The position numbers were made by a program, and so were the translations under genes. 62,675 nucleotides of DNA from Tolypothrix carrinoi HA7290-LM1 (GTDB lineage: Bacteria; Cyanobacteriota; Cyanobacteriia; Cyanobacteriales; Nostocaceae): assembly GCA_019358935.1 (NCBI GenBank), contig JAHHIK010000043.1, positions 1-62,675 of the forward strand, in the 5' to 3' direction. Of this stretch, positions 16,348 to 26,376 are shown one piece after another. Under the pieces are notes generated by a model. That model was not told the DNA's origin, did not search any database, and worked only from the letters and a program-made list of their open reading frames with translations. Numbering within the stretch: position 1 is the stretch's first letter; each line of letters starts with the position of its first letter.

Positions 16348-18397
16348 ACAGCGGTAAGGTGAAATAGAAGGTACTGCCTTCACCGAAAACGCTTTCTACC
16401 CAAATTTTTCCGTTGTGCTGCTGCACAATAGTACGACATATAGCTAATCCTAGTCCAGTACCGCAAAAATTGCGAGAGTCTGAAGCATCAACTTGCTCAA
16501 ACCTACCAAAAATACTTTCTAGTTTATCAGCAGGAATACCCCGTCCTTGGTCTTTGACTTTGAATAAGAGATGGGGAGTGGGGAGTGGGGAGGGGGGAGA
16601 CAAGGGAGAGGGGGGGGACAAGGGAGAGGGGGGGGACAAGGGAGAGGGGGGAGACAAGGGAGAGGGGGGGGACAAGGGAGACAAGGTAGCTATTTCCTCC
16701 TTGTCCTCCTTGTCCTCCTTGTCCTCCCTGTCCTCCTTGTCCCCCTTGTCCCCCTTATCCCCCTTGTCCTTTTGAACTTCTGCACTCAGAGTCACAGTAC
16801 TTCCTGAGGGCGAAAATTTAACGGCGTTTGCTAGCAGGTTGACAAGAGTTTGAATGATGCGATCGCGATCAACACATATCTCAACAGATAGGGGAAAAAC
16901 TGTTAGGTTGATGTTGGCTTCTTCGGCAAAGCATTGCACAGCGTCTATTGCTTGCTGCATTAAAGTAGCAGCATTACATGAATGTTTTGCCAGGACTATT
17001 TTGCCTGATTCGAGTCGCTCTAAATCAAGAACTTGATTGACCAAACGTACTAAGCGTTCGGTGTCAAGCGCGGCAATTTCTAACATGCGTCGCGCTTTTT
17101 GCGGTTGGTTGTCGAGTCGTCCGGAAGCGAGTAATCCTAAAGAACCGCGAATCGAAGCTAATGGTGTTCGCAATTCGTGGCTGACAACAGAAATAAACTC
17201 GCTTTTCATTTTTTCTATAGCTCGCATTTCGGTGATGTCTTCAACCGTTCCGACATGACCAATTAATTCTTTTTGGTCAGAAAAAATGGGAGCTGTTTTC
17301 AGCCGACAAAAACGTATGGTTCCGTCTCGATGAACAGAACGCACTTCCCCAATAAATTCTTGATTTGTTGTTACTGCTTGTAACCAACGAGAAAAATAAA
17401 GCTGACGATCTTCTGGGTGAACGAACTTGACCCAGCCATGTCCTAAAGCTTCTTCAAAAGTGTAACCGCAAATTGCTTGAGCGCGAGGATTGGTGTAGAT
17501 ACATTTACCTTCGGGATTTACTCGAAAGATACCGACTGGGGAAGCTTCGCTTAAAGCGCGAAATTCGTCTTCGCAGCAGCGTAAGGCTGATAATGCAAGT
17601 TTGCGATCGCTAAGTGCGGCTTCTCGTTCGCTAATGTCCCGTCCTTCAGAAATTAGTAATACTATTTTGCCGGTTTCATCTAAAACTGGTTTGAGGGAAA
17701 AGTCAATTGTTTGCACTATTTCTCCCGCACCAAGTATATCTACTTCATAGCGAACAAATTCGCCTTTTGCAGCTTGAGCGATCGCGCTAAATAATTGCGT
17801 TTGTGTTTCTTGAGAAATCGTCCACCATCGCGCTTGCCAAAATCGATGCCCAACTACATCTGTTGGTTGCAATCCGGCAAAATTCAGTGCTGTTTGATTA
17901 GCTTCTAAAAGTGTACCATCCAGTTTTAAAAGCCACATAAATTGAAATGTCTGGTCAAAGATAGCGCGAAATCGTCTTTCACTTTCTTGCAATGCGGCTT
18001 GTGTTTGTTTGCGGTCGGTGATATCCTGAATTTGAGCGACAAAGTAGGATGCTTCACCTTGAGCATCGCGCACTAAGGATACATTCATTAATATCCAAAT
18101 GATATGTCCGCTTTTGTGATGGTAGCTTTTTTCTAGTTGAAAACTGCGGATTTCACCGGATAGCAATTGCTTGATGCTGCGAGCAAACTGAAATTGATTG
18201 TTTTGAGAAGCGATTGCCTGATAAGTTGTCGCTAGCAGTTCTGATTTTGAGTAACTGAGAATTTCACATAAAGCCGGATTGACTCTCAGCCAACGACCAT
18301 CTAATCCTACCAGTGCCATGCCAATAGCTGCGTGGTCAAAAGCACCACCAAACCGTTCGCTTTCTCTTAATGCTTCTTCTGCTTCTCTAGTATGCAT
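16346..18397 (-). CDS. Triple-PAS sensor histidine kinase with in-frame repeat insertion
   Basis: Three PAS/PAC repeats; SHELRTPL; NAVKFS; DQGRG; GTGLGL; DK[GE] and SPLSPP repeats at 16575-16772. Confidence 0.92.
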   Translation of the reverse strand: MHTREAEEALRESERFGGAFDHAAIGMALVGLDGRWLRVNPALCEILSYSKSELLATTYQAIASQNNQFQFARSIKQLLSGEIRSFQLEKSYHHKSGHIIWILMNVSLVRDAQGEASYFVAQIQDITDRKQTQAALQESERRFRAIFDQTFQFMWLLKLDGTLLEANQTALNFAGLQPTDVVGHRFWQARWWTISQETQTQLFSAIAQAAKGEFVRYEVDILGAGEIVQTIDFSLKPVLDETGKIVLLISEGRDISEREAALSDRKLALSALRCCEDEFRALSEASPVGIFRVNPEGKCIYTNPRAQAICGYTFEEALGHGWVKFVHPEDRQLYFSRWLQAVTTNQEFIGEVRSVHRDGTIRFCRLKTAPIFSDQKELIGHVGTVEDITEMRAIEKMKSEFISVVSHELRTPLASIRGSLGLLASGRLDNQPQKARRMLEIAALDTERLVRLVNQVLDLERLESGKIVLAKHSCNAATLMQQAIDAVQCFAEEANINLTVFPLSVEICVDRDRIIQTLVNLLANAVKFSPSGSTVTLSAEVQKDKGDKGDKGDKEDREDKEDKEDKEEIATLSPLSPPSPLSPPSPLSPPSPLSPPSPLSPPSPLPTPHLLFKVKDQGRGIPADKLESIFGRFEQVDASDSRNFCGTGLGLAICRTIVQQHNGKIWVESVFGEGSTFYFTLPL

Positions 18398-18430
18398 TTC
18401 TTTTACATGAAATATGCAGCTATAGCGTTC

Positions 18431-18463
18431 AGATACCCGACTTCTTTAAGAAGTCGGGTATCT
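18431..18463. repeat. 33-bp palindrome, second copy
   Basis: agatacccgacttct-tta-agaagtcgggtatct. Confidence 0.85.
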
Positions 18464-18513
18464 TATCTTGCTTTTTATTATAATAATTATTATTTCTTAA
18501 TTTTTTCCCATTT

Positions 18514-18957
18514 TTAATTATCAGGTAAACTGATTACTCCAAACCAGTATTTACTAAAAATTTCGATTGTCATTTTCAATTTATGGACATCAATTGGTTT
18601 GAGTATATAACTATTTACACCATATTCATAACAAGCTTCAATATCTTTAGGATTTGATGATGTAGAAAATATCACTACAGGAATCATTTTCAGACTATCA
18701 TCCTGCTTGAGTTGGTGTAGAATTTCTCGTCCATCTGTACCTGGTAAATTGAGGTCGAGTAAAATTAAAGATGGACGGGGTGCTGTTTTATTATCTACGT
18801 ATTTGCCAGTATGATAGAGAAAGTCTAAAGCGTCATCGCCATCAGTACAACGTTCAACTCGGTGAGGAAGAGATGCACCCTTCATCATGCGTTGTAAAGC
18901 AACAAAATCTTCATCGCTATCTTCAATAACCAATAATGTTGGAGTTTGTCCAAACAT
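18514..18957 (-). CDS. Phytochrome-associated response regulator (Rcp1/RcpB-like)
   Basis: LLVIEDS, DGDDALDFL, ILLDLNLP..DGREIL, STSSNPKDI..CY..GVNSYI.KP; immediately downstream of the phytochrome. Confidence 0.9.
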   Translation of the reverse strand: MFGQTPTLLVIEDSDEDFVALQRMMKGASLPHRVERCTDGDDALDFLYHTGKYVDNKTAPRPSLILLDLNLPGTDGREILHQLKQDDSLKMIPVVIFSTSSNPKDIEACYEYGVNSYILKPIDVHKLKMTIEIFSKYWFGVISLPDN

Positions 18958-18970
18958 TTACTTACTTACC

Positions 18971-21214
18971 TCAATTTGGTAATGTGAAATAGAAAGTGCT
19001 ACCTTCGCCATAAGTAGATTCTACCCAAATTTTGCCCCCGTGACGCTCGACAATTTTTTTGGCAATAGTTAAACCGGCGCCGGTACCACCACCATATTGA
19101 CTTGCTGTGTGCAGACGTTTGAAAATGCGAAAAACATTATCTAGATGTTTTTGCCTAATTCCGATACCATTGTCTCGCACATAGAAAGTGATTGTGGGTT
19201 GGTTTGTTGCTTCTTGGTCTAAAAAGCCAATTTCTACTGATTTATTCGCTTTCTCGTTGTATTTAATGGCATTGCTGATTAAATTACTAAATACTTCACT
19301 CATCTGAATGCGATCGCATTTCACATCCGGTAATCGTCGGCAAATGCGAATATCTACATTTTTAGTTTCTTTTAGGCTAATTTTTAATACTTCTATCACA
19401 CTTTCTACTAATTCGTTCAAGTTAGTTCGTCGCATTACAAGTTCAACTCGTCCTAAACGAGAAAAATGCAGTAGAGAATTAATCAAATCTTCCATTCGCT
19501 GAGTCAGACGCACCAGAGTTTGCAGTTTAGAAACTCCATCTTCATGCAGCGAATCAGCGTAATCTTCAATCAGAAATGTTGAGTAATTGTGAATTCCCCG
19601 TAGCGGTTCTTTTAAATCGTGAGAAGCAATGTAAGCAAAAGCATCTAATTCTCTGTTACTGCGTTCTAATTCGACATTAATTTTTGCTAATTCATCCGCT
19701 TTTTTGAGTACCATTGCTACAATAGCGCTTTTAAGTTCTAAAGCACCATCAATTTCACATTTTCTCCAAGGTAAAGACTTAAATCGTACCGTTTCTTGCC
19801 ACATTTTAAAAGATTTACGCGGTGATAGATGCAAACTACCATTTTCTTTTACTTCCACTGGTTTGTTGGGATTACCCCCCCATTTTAAAGTTTGAATCAC
19901 TTCTGGACGAAACCACAAAATCCAATGTTTTTGACTTTGAGCAATGGCAAGTGCTAACATTCCACTAGCAACATCTTGAAAATTTTCTGATGCGGGATAA
20001 ACCTTAATGAGTGAATCTGTATAAAAAACGTTATCGTTATTAATTTGCGTCGCTAACCAGTTTATTAAGTCTTGAATCTCCGCTTTTAATGGTGTTTTGC
20101 CAAACAATAGCAATTCTTGATTCAAGCAAACAGCAACACCTTCAGCGCTGACTAATTCTAATAATTCATTTTTCCGCTCAATTAAAGCATCTACCAAATT
20201 TTTTGTTTCGGAAATAGTCTCAAAAAACTTTGATTGAATTGTCTTGAGTTTGAGTTTGTAATCTAAGTCTTCATTTTCTTCTTTAGTCCCAATGTCTAAA
20301 GACATTACATGTCCCAAAAATTCGCAGGCAGTGCGTATATAATAGGGTACATACTTAGGTGTATTATGATGACAGGCAATCAATCCCCATAATTTTTTAT
20401 TTTTGATTAAAGAAATTGACATCGAAGCGCTAACGCCCATATTCTGCAAATACTCAACATGTATGGGAGAAACACTCCTCAAGACTGAATAACTTAAATC
20501 TATTGGTTCATTAGTAACTGAATTATGAGTAGGAATCAGTTCTACAGGTTGATAATTAACGTCAGGAATTAACCGCAACCAATTAAGAATGTATAATTGC
20601 TTTGCTTGTTTGGGAATATCTGATGCGGGATAGTGTAAACTCAAATAAGGAGTCAAGCTTTCTAATCTATCTTCGGCTATGACCTTACCAGCGCCTTCCT
20701 CATCAAATCGATAGATCATAACTCGGTCAAATTCTGTAATTTTTCGCACTTGTTTGGCTAAAACTTGACATAATTCTTGTAAAGTCAGTGTATTTTGTAT
20801 TTGCTTAAGAGGGGCTTTGACTAACTGATAAAAAGTAAAAAAGTCTTGATCGTCTTGTGATGTAACAGGTAATAATTCCAGAATTACAACATCTTGAGAA
20901 TGATGTATAATTCCATCAAATAAGAAAGTATTCTTGGGAGTTGTTAAAGATATTTTGAGGGGATTGATGCTTTCAAAATCGGTAGAAAAACATTGTTTAA
21001 TCTGAGAAATTTGCCGGACATCCAGTAATTCTTTAAGTTGTTTGCCTAGCAATTCTTGGGGATGGATACCAATGAAATCAAAAGTATTTTTGCTAACTTG
21101 TAAAATAGTAAATTCTGGTTCTTGTAAAACAAAAAGAATACCGTATGGTTGAATTAAACCGGGAATGTGAATTTGTTCGCGATCGCAGTTAGTTAAATCT
21201 ACATTTTTTTGCAT
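18971..21214 (-). CDS. Bacteriophytochrome-type histidine kinase (PAS-GAF-PHY-HisKA-HATPase), AphB/BphB-like, predicted biliverdin-binding
   Basis: N-terminal TNCDREQIHIPG Cys; DRVMIYRF; YPASDIP; LRSVSPIH (Ile where Cph1 has the GAF Cys); PRKSF tongue; SHDLKEPL. Confidence 0.93.
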   Translation of the reverse strand: MQKNVDLTNCDREQIHIPGLIQPYGILFVLQEPEFTILQVSKNTFDFIGIHPQELLGKQLKELLDVRQISQIKQCFSTDFESINPLKISLTTPKNTFLFDGIIHHSQDVVILELLPVTSQDDQDFFTFYQLVKAPLKQIQNTLTLQELCQVLAKQVRKITEFDRVMIYRFDEEGAGKVIAEDRLESLTPYLSLHYPASDIPKQAKQLYILNWLRLIPDVNYQPVELIPTHNSVTNEPIDLSYSVLRSVSPIHVEYLQNMGVSASMSISLIKNKKLWGLIACHHNTPKYVPYYIRTACEFLGHVMSLDIGTKEENEDLDYKLKLKTIQSKFFETISETKNLVDALIERKNELLELVSAEGVAVCLNQELLLFGKTPLKAEIQDLINWLATQINNDNVFYTDSLIKVYPASENFQDVASGMLALAIAQSQKHWILWFRPEVIQTLKWGGNPNKPVEVKENGSLHLSPRKSFKMWQETVRFKSLPWRKCEIDGALELKSAIVAMVLKKADELAKINVELERSNRELDAFAYIASHDLKEPLRGIHNYSTFLIEDYADSLHEDGVSKLQTLVRLTQRMEDLINSLLHFSRLGRVELVMRRTNLNELVESVIEVLKISLKETKNVDIRICRRLPDVKCDRIQMSEVFSNLISNAIKYNEKANKSVEIGFLDQEATNQPTITFYVRDNGIGIRQKHLDNVFRIFKRLHTASQYGGGTGAGLTIAKKIVERHGGKIWVESTYGEGSTFYFTLPN

Positions 21215-21439
21215 AATAATTACACTTTGAACTATTAAATGTTTGCTTTTAAATTTAAGTAGTGATTAGTATAGCGTTTTTACATCAGCAATGTAGAGAC
21301 GTTTCCAAAAAACGTCTTTACGGTAAATTTAACGCTCTTATTTTTGATGGTATAGCTATTCGATGTTAGTCAAATTTTTCCCATTGCCAATCAAAGCAAG
21401 ATTAATTTAAAATTAACAATTAATAATATAAATAATATC

Positions 21440-21595
21440 ACTACGAGTGCTGAGAGCAGAGTTAGAGTATTAAGTGTTAACTATTAAGTGTTGAGTATTG
21501 AGTGTTAAGTTAAATAAATTAGTCAAAATTTAAAACTCAAGACTCAGAACTCAAGATTTCTAAACTTTCTCCGACTCGTAACTCAGGACTCAAAA
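21440..21595. repeat. Degenerate heptamer repeats (GTGTTAA/GTATTGA and ACTCAAG types) in inverted arrangement
   Basis: Direct reading. Confidence 0.65.
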
Positions 21596-21602
21596 GTTTC
21601 TC

Positions 21603-23450
21603 TTACCACAGTTGTACCCGTTTTAAACGACTAATAATCCGGGTAATAAGTTCTGGTTCCACAATCGGTTTACCTACATAATCATCTGCACCTGCGGCAA
21701 ATACTTCACGTATGGTATCAGCATTTGTGTCAGATGTCAGTACTACGATAGGTAGATCTCCCCAATGAGGGTCTTGACGTACCACTTGACAAAGAACTAT
21801 GCCGCTGAAGGTAGGCATAGAAGCGTCTAAAATTAGTAGGTCGGGAACTGTGGTAGTTAGCACTTCCCAGAAATTTTGCGGATCTTCTAAAGTTGTGACA
21901 TCAAGTCCCCAAGGTTGTAGTAAATCGCTCAAGGTTGTCAGTACTTGGGGATCATCATCCACGATTAGAACTCTGGCTTCAGTCGCGGTAGCTTGATTCA
22001 GTATCTGGGTGACAGCTTTGAGGATTTGCTGTGGGTCTATGGGCTTGTGTAAAAAGGCACGAGCGCCTAAACGAGCTACTTCTACTCGGTCAAGCAAGCT
22101 ACCCCTTATGGTCAATACTAACACCGGGATTGGAGATTCGCTTTGTGCAAGTTCAGCCAGTAGCGTCAGTCCATTCTCATTAGTGTCAGCAAAAATCAGA
22201 TTGAGCAAAATCGCGTCCGGGGGATTTTGAGCGATCGCTTCTCTACCAGCAGCCAAAGAATTCGCTACTTCTACTCGCAAATTTAAGGTGTACGCCGATT
22301 GAGTGATTTGTTCAATTAATAAGCGATCGTCATCAATTATCAATATTAAAGCAGATTGCTCCTCCAAAACAGGTGCAACAGCACTTAAAGTTGGTGGCTT
22401 TTCTAGTTCTTGTTGCAATAAACTAACTAGTTGCTGTAGTTGTGTTGCTTGTTGTTTTATTGTTTCACTTTCGAGCAACTGTTCAATCTCGCGTGCTAAT
22501 CTCGAACCTTCATTAAAGCCAAAAGAACCCAATGAACCAGCCATTTTATGAGCTTCTAGCTTTGCTGCGTCTTGGATTTGCTCGCTTAGGGTGTCTGTCA
22601 TCAAAGCAGCAACCACCTGCTCAAATAATGCCACCTGACAAGTAAAACTCTCCTTGTTGCGCTGCCAAATAGTGTTAACAGATTCTATCACCATATTTTC
22701 AGCCTGTTGCCTGTCGGCATCAGTAGAAGCTGCGGACGACTCAGGTGCAGGTGTCTGTTCTGGTGGAGGTAAAAGGCGATATCCTAAGCCGTAGATTGTT
22801 TCAATTAAATCAGCAGTCATTCCTGCTGCTTTTAATTTCTGGCGAAGTTTTTTGATGTGAGTTGTCACCGCATCTTCACCCGGATACTCGGCAATCGACC
22901 AAAGGCGGTCTAAAATCATACTCCGGCTAAATATACGTTGCGGATTTCGCAAAAAAAGATGTAATAAACGATATTCTGTTGCTGTCAGTCGTAAAAGCCT
23001 CCCTTCATAAACAACTTTGCTGCTACTGGTGTCAAGTTGTAGCTTTCCCCAAGTCAGTACGGTCGCCAAAATATTACTTCCTCGTCGCAATAAAGCGCGA
23101 ACGCGGGCGATTAATTCTGACACGTCAAAAGGTTTGACCATGTAATCATCTGCACCTGCATCTAAGCCCATCGCCTTATCGGTGCTGCTATCTTTGACAG
23201 TTAATAGCAGAATCGGCATTTGATAGCCGCTAGATCGCAATTGACGACAAAGACTAATACCATCCAACCCAGGCAAAACTATATCCAGGATGATCAGATC
23301 GTATGCAAAGCCTCGCACTAGTTGCAAAGCTGTTTGACTCTCAGCGATCGTATCAACTATGTAATTATGGGATCTGAGCACTTCTGACACCATCGTTGCA
23401 GTAGGCTGATCGTCCTCCACTACTAGAATTTTCATGTCATACTCCGTCAT
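21603..23450 (-). CDS. Multidomain response regulator REC-wHTH-Hpt-REC-REC (RcaC-like architecture)
   Basis: OmpR-type REC plus wHTH (IETIYGLGYRL); Hpt EAHKMAGSLGSFG; two C-terminal receivers. Confidence 0.93.
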   Translation of the reverse strand: MTEYDMKILVVEDDQPTATMVSEVLRSHNYIVDTIAESQTALQLVRGFAYDLIILDIVLPGLDGISLCRQLRSSGYQMPILLLTVKDSSTDKAMGLDAGADDYMVKPFDVSELIARVRALLRRGSNILATVLTWGKLQLDTSSSKVVYEGRLLRLTATEYRLLHLFLRNPQRIFSRSMILDRLWSIAEYPGEDAVTTHIKKLRQKLKAAGMTADLIETIYGLGYRLLPPPEQTPAPESSAASTDADRQQAENMVIESVNTIWQRNKESFTCQVALFEQVVAALMTDTLSEQIQDAAKLEAHKMAGSLGSFGFNEGSRLAREIEQLLESETIKQQATQLQQLVSLLQQELEKPPTLSAVAPVLEEQSALILIIDDDRLLIEQITQSAYTLNLRVEVANSLAAGREAIAQNPPDAILLNLIFADTNENGLTLLAELAQSESPIPVLVLTIRGSLLDRVEVARLGARAFLHKPIDPQQILKAVTQILNQATATEARVLIVDDDPQVLTTLSDLLQPWGLDVTTLEDPQNFWEVLTTTVPDLLILDASMPTFSGIVLCQVVRQDPHWGDLPIVVLTSDTNADTIREVFAAGADDYVGKPIVEPELITRIISRLKRVQLW

Positions 23451-23459
23451 AGCCGAGTA

Positions 23460-24245
23460 TTAACTCATTTGCTGGACTGTTAATTCTGATAAACTGCCTT
23501 GGGTGGAAAATTGAGGAATGAATTCAAGCGATCGCGTTGGCGTTCGCGATCGCACATTTTTCGAGTAAAAGTAAGGATAATAAGTAGAAGCGAGTTGCTT
23601 ACTCTTACCCTGTAGCGTTACCCTTTCTCTCTCGATATCCCCCTCAAGAGTCCCTGTCGTCAGGTAAACTGCTATTTCATGGCGCTTTTGAGCTAATGAC
23701 TGAATCGCTAGTAAAGCTTCTGGGATGACTGCAAATAACGAAGGCTTATTAGGGAAAACAACCGGATCAAAGTACCACCAATTGGCAATATTTTTTATTA
23801 GTCCTAAATGCTGAAAAGCAAGTCGCGTACTTTGGCTTTTCAGGATTTTTAACTCAGGACTTTGCTTTATAATCTTAGCGATCTTTAACTGGGTGCTGCT
23901 ATTTACCCGCACAGACAAAAGTAGTCTCTGCAATTTAGTAGAGTTTTTAGCCACTGAAACACATAAGCCGCTCATATCCAACCTCTTACTTGAGTAAGTT
24001 GTCATCTCCCGAAAGCTAGAGGATAAAAATGAGGAAATGATGAAGAGTGGAAGATAAAGCTTGAGATAGGCGATCGTCCGTATATGCCCGGAGGGTAACT
24101 TTTGCGAAACCCTTCCCTCGAATCTCCGATTCGAGGCAACAAAGCGGAGCTTTGTTGGGGCATAGGACGCGCTTCGCGATCGCAAATTTTTATCTGGGCG
24201 TATAATGCTCAGATTGTCACCGAAAAATGCGATAATATACAGCAT
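23460..24245 (-). CDS. Possible hypothetical protein (start uncertain)
   Basis: 261-codon ORF ending 10 bp before the regulator; no recognisable motif. Confidence 0.3.
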   Translation of the reverse strand: MLYIIAFFGDNLSIIRPDKNLRSRSASYAPTKLRFVASNRRFEGRVSQKLPSGHIRTIAYLKLYLPLFIISSFLSSSFREMTTYSSKRLDMSGLCVSVAKNSTKLQRLLLSVRVNSSTQLKIAKIIKQSPELKILKSQSTRLAFQHLGLIKNIANWWYFDPVVFPNKPSLFAVIPEALLAIQSLAQKRHEIAVYLTTGTLEGDIERERVTLQGKSKQLASTYYPYFYSKNVRSRTPTRSLEFIPQFSTQGSLSELTVQQMS

Positions 24246-24346
24246 TTATCTGCTTCATCGGAATGTGCGATGATTTGGGCATTGTCCAATCGGGAACGTG
24301 CTAATTGATAAGAAAAATTATCTTGATGCTGGATGCTCCCCTTTCC

Positions 24347-24400
24347 TTGACAAAACTGTAAAAAGCATATTATTATTTTATAACGACCGTTCGATATAAA
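24347..24400 (+). promoter_or_regulatory. Sigma70-type promoter with adjacent putative TetR operator
   Basis: TTGACA at 24347, TATTAT at 24371, imperfect palindrome tttataacgaccgttcgatataaa at 24377-24400. Confidence 0.6.
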
Positions 24401-24414
24401 AAAATGGAAAACTA

Positions 24415-25023
24415 ATGCCGAAGATTGTTGACCATGACCAATATCGCAAAGAACTACTTAGCAAATGCTTTGATTTATTTGCCGAGAAAGGCTATGGCTC
24501 GATTACCATGCGCCAAATTGCCGACGGCTTAAGAGTTTCTACGGGAACGCTGTATCATTATTTTCCCAGCAAACAAGCTTTATTTGAGCAATTGATGGAG
24601 GAAATATGTCAACAAGATGTGTCGATGGCAATGGCTGAGTTGTCAGGAACGCAAACGCTGCCAGAACAGCTGGAAATTATTGGCAAATTCCTCAGAAAAA
24701 AAGAGGATTACTTGATTAAATGGACTTATTTATTAGTTGATTTTTGTCAGCATCAAAACTTTAAAGGTATGGAAAATGTTGACGCATTTAATCGGATAAA
24801 CGAGAGATATAAGCAAGCAATATATGATGTTTTAGGTATTCAAGATCCAGTACTTGCCGCCTTTATCTACTCGTTTATTGATGGCTTAATCTTCGAGCGT
24901 CTCTTGAATAATGAAATGGTTTCGATTCCCGAACAATGCGCTTTATTGGGCAAGATGCTAGCTGCATATTTAGAGAAAGAAAATAGTAGAGACGTTCCAC
25001 CAAAACGTCTGTACGGGAGTTAG
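24415..25023 (+). CDS. TetR/AcrR family transcriptional regulator
   Basis: FAEKGYGSITMRQIADGLRVSTGTLYHYFPSKQALF HTH. Confidence 0.95.
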   Translation: MPKIVDHDQYRKELLSKCFDLFAEKGYGSITMRQIADGLRVSTGTLYHYFPSKQALFEQLMEEICQQDVSMAMAELSGTQTLPEQLEIIGKFLRKKEDYLIKWTYLLVDFCQHQNFKGMENVDAFNRINERYKQAIYDVLGIQDPVLAAFIYSFIDGLIFERLLNNEMVSIPEQCALLGKMLAAYLEKENSRDVPPKRLYGS

Positions 25024-25032
25024 GGAAAAATT

Positions 25033-26322
25033 ATGAGTACAAATCTTTTATTTAAAGCTGCAAATCGTTACTGGTTGATTGGTATAATAGTTGCTGCAAG
25101 TGCGATTACAAGCGGAATCGCATTTTATAGTGTTTCTCAATTTGGGCTTGCTGACAATTCTACATCTAATAAAGTAGAAACTATACCTCGCGCTCAAAAA
25201 GTAACAGCGCTAGCACGACTTGAACCAGAAGCAGAGGTAATTAAGTTGTCTGCACCTCTAGCTTTAGATGGCGATCGCATTGCCAAAATATTGGTTAGAG
25301 TTGGTGATACTGTCAAAGCAGGACAAGTTGTGGCAATTCTCGATTCACGCGATCGCTTGCAAGATGCTTTGCAACAAACTCAACAACAAATAAATGTAGC
25401 TTCTTCTAAACTCGCACAAGTGAAAGCTGGCGCAAAAACCGGAGAAATTCAAGCACAACAGGCAAATATTGAACGGTTGCAGGCGCAATTGCAAGGTGAT
25501 AAAATCGCTCAATTTGAAACTATAGCTCGATTAAAAGCGCAGTTACAAGGAGACAACATCGCCCAACAAGCAACAATTAGAAAACTTGAAGCAGAACTTA
25601 ACAACGCCGAAGCTGAATATCAGCGCTATCAACAATTATATCAAGAAGGTGCAATTTCTAACTCTTTGTTTGATAGCAAGCGCTTGAGTGTAGAAACTAG
25701 CAAACAGCAACTAAACGAAGCGAAAGCCGTTTTCAACCGAATCAACGCAACTGGTAACAAGCAAATCAGCGAAGCCAAAGCCACACTCAACCGAATCAAC
25801 GCTACTGGTGACAAACAAATTAGCGAAGCCAAAGCCACATTTAATAGTATTGCCGAAGTTCGTGCGGTAGATGTGCAAGCAGCGCAAACAGAAGTTGATA
25901 ATGCGATCGCCTCAGCCAAACGTGCCAAAACCGACTTAGAAGCAGCTTACATCAAAGCACCAATAACAGGAAAGATTCTCAAAATTAACACGCGAATCGG
26001 AGAAAAGATTAATGATGCTGGCATTGCAGACTTAGCACAAACTGACAAGATGGTTGCAGTTACAGAAGTCTACCAAACCGATATTAATAAAGTTAAACTC
26101 GGACAGCAAGCTATAATTACCAGTCAGGCGTTTTCTGGTAAACTGCGCGGCACCGTTTCTCAAATTGGCTTGCAGGTAAATCGGCAAAACGTGTTCAGCA
26201 ATCAACCCGGAGAAAATTTAGATCGCCGAGTAATTGAAGTGAAAATTCGCCTTCAAAGAGAAGATAGTCAGCGAGTTGCAGGTTTTACTAACTTGCAAGT
26301 GCAGACAGCAATTGAGTTGTAA
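25033..26322 (+). CDS. DevB-family ABC exporter membrane fusion protein
   Basis: VTALARLEP, lipoyl-like GDTVKAGQV, long coiled coil, EVYQTDI, DRRVIEVKIRL. Confidence 0.92.
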   Translation: MSTNLLFKAANRYWLIGIIVAASAITSGIAFYSVSQFGLADNSTSNKVETIPRAQKVTALARLEPEAEVIKLSAPLALDGDRIAKILVRVGDTVKAGQVVAILDSRDRLQDALQQTQQQINVASSKLAQVKAGAKTGEIQAQQANIERLQAQLQGDKIAQFETIARLKAQLQGDNIAQQATIRKLEAELNNAEAEYQRYQQLYQEGAISNSLFDSKRLSVETSKQQLNEAKAVFNRINATGNKQISEAKATLNRINATGDKQISEAKATFNSIAEVRAVDVQAAQTEVDNAIASAKRAKTDLEAAYIKAPITGKILKINTRIGEKINDAGIADLAQTDKMVAVTEVYQTDINKVKLGQQAIITSQAFSGKLRGTVSQIGLQVNRQNVFSNQPGENLDRRVIEVKIRLQREDSQRVAGFTNLQVQTAIEL

Positions 26323-26338
26323 ATTTTCAATGACCTGA

Positions 26339-26362
26339 TTTATAACGAATGTTTGATATAAA
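26339..26362. promoter_or_regulatory. Second copy of the putative TetR operator
   Basis: tttataacgaatgtttgatataaa, 21/24 identical to 24377-24400, at the same distance from the next ATG. Confidence 0.6.
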
Positions 26363-26376
26363 TAGAGGACTTTAAT

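Noticed and set aside
25730..25845. 54-bp internal duplication in devB
   Set aside because: Coiled-coil repeat variation is ordinary for DevB-family proteins.
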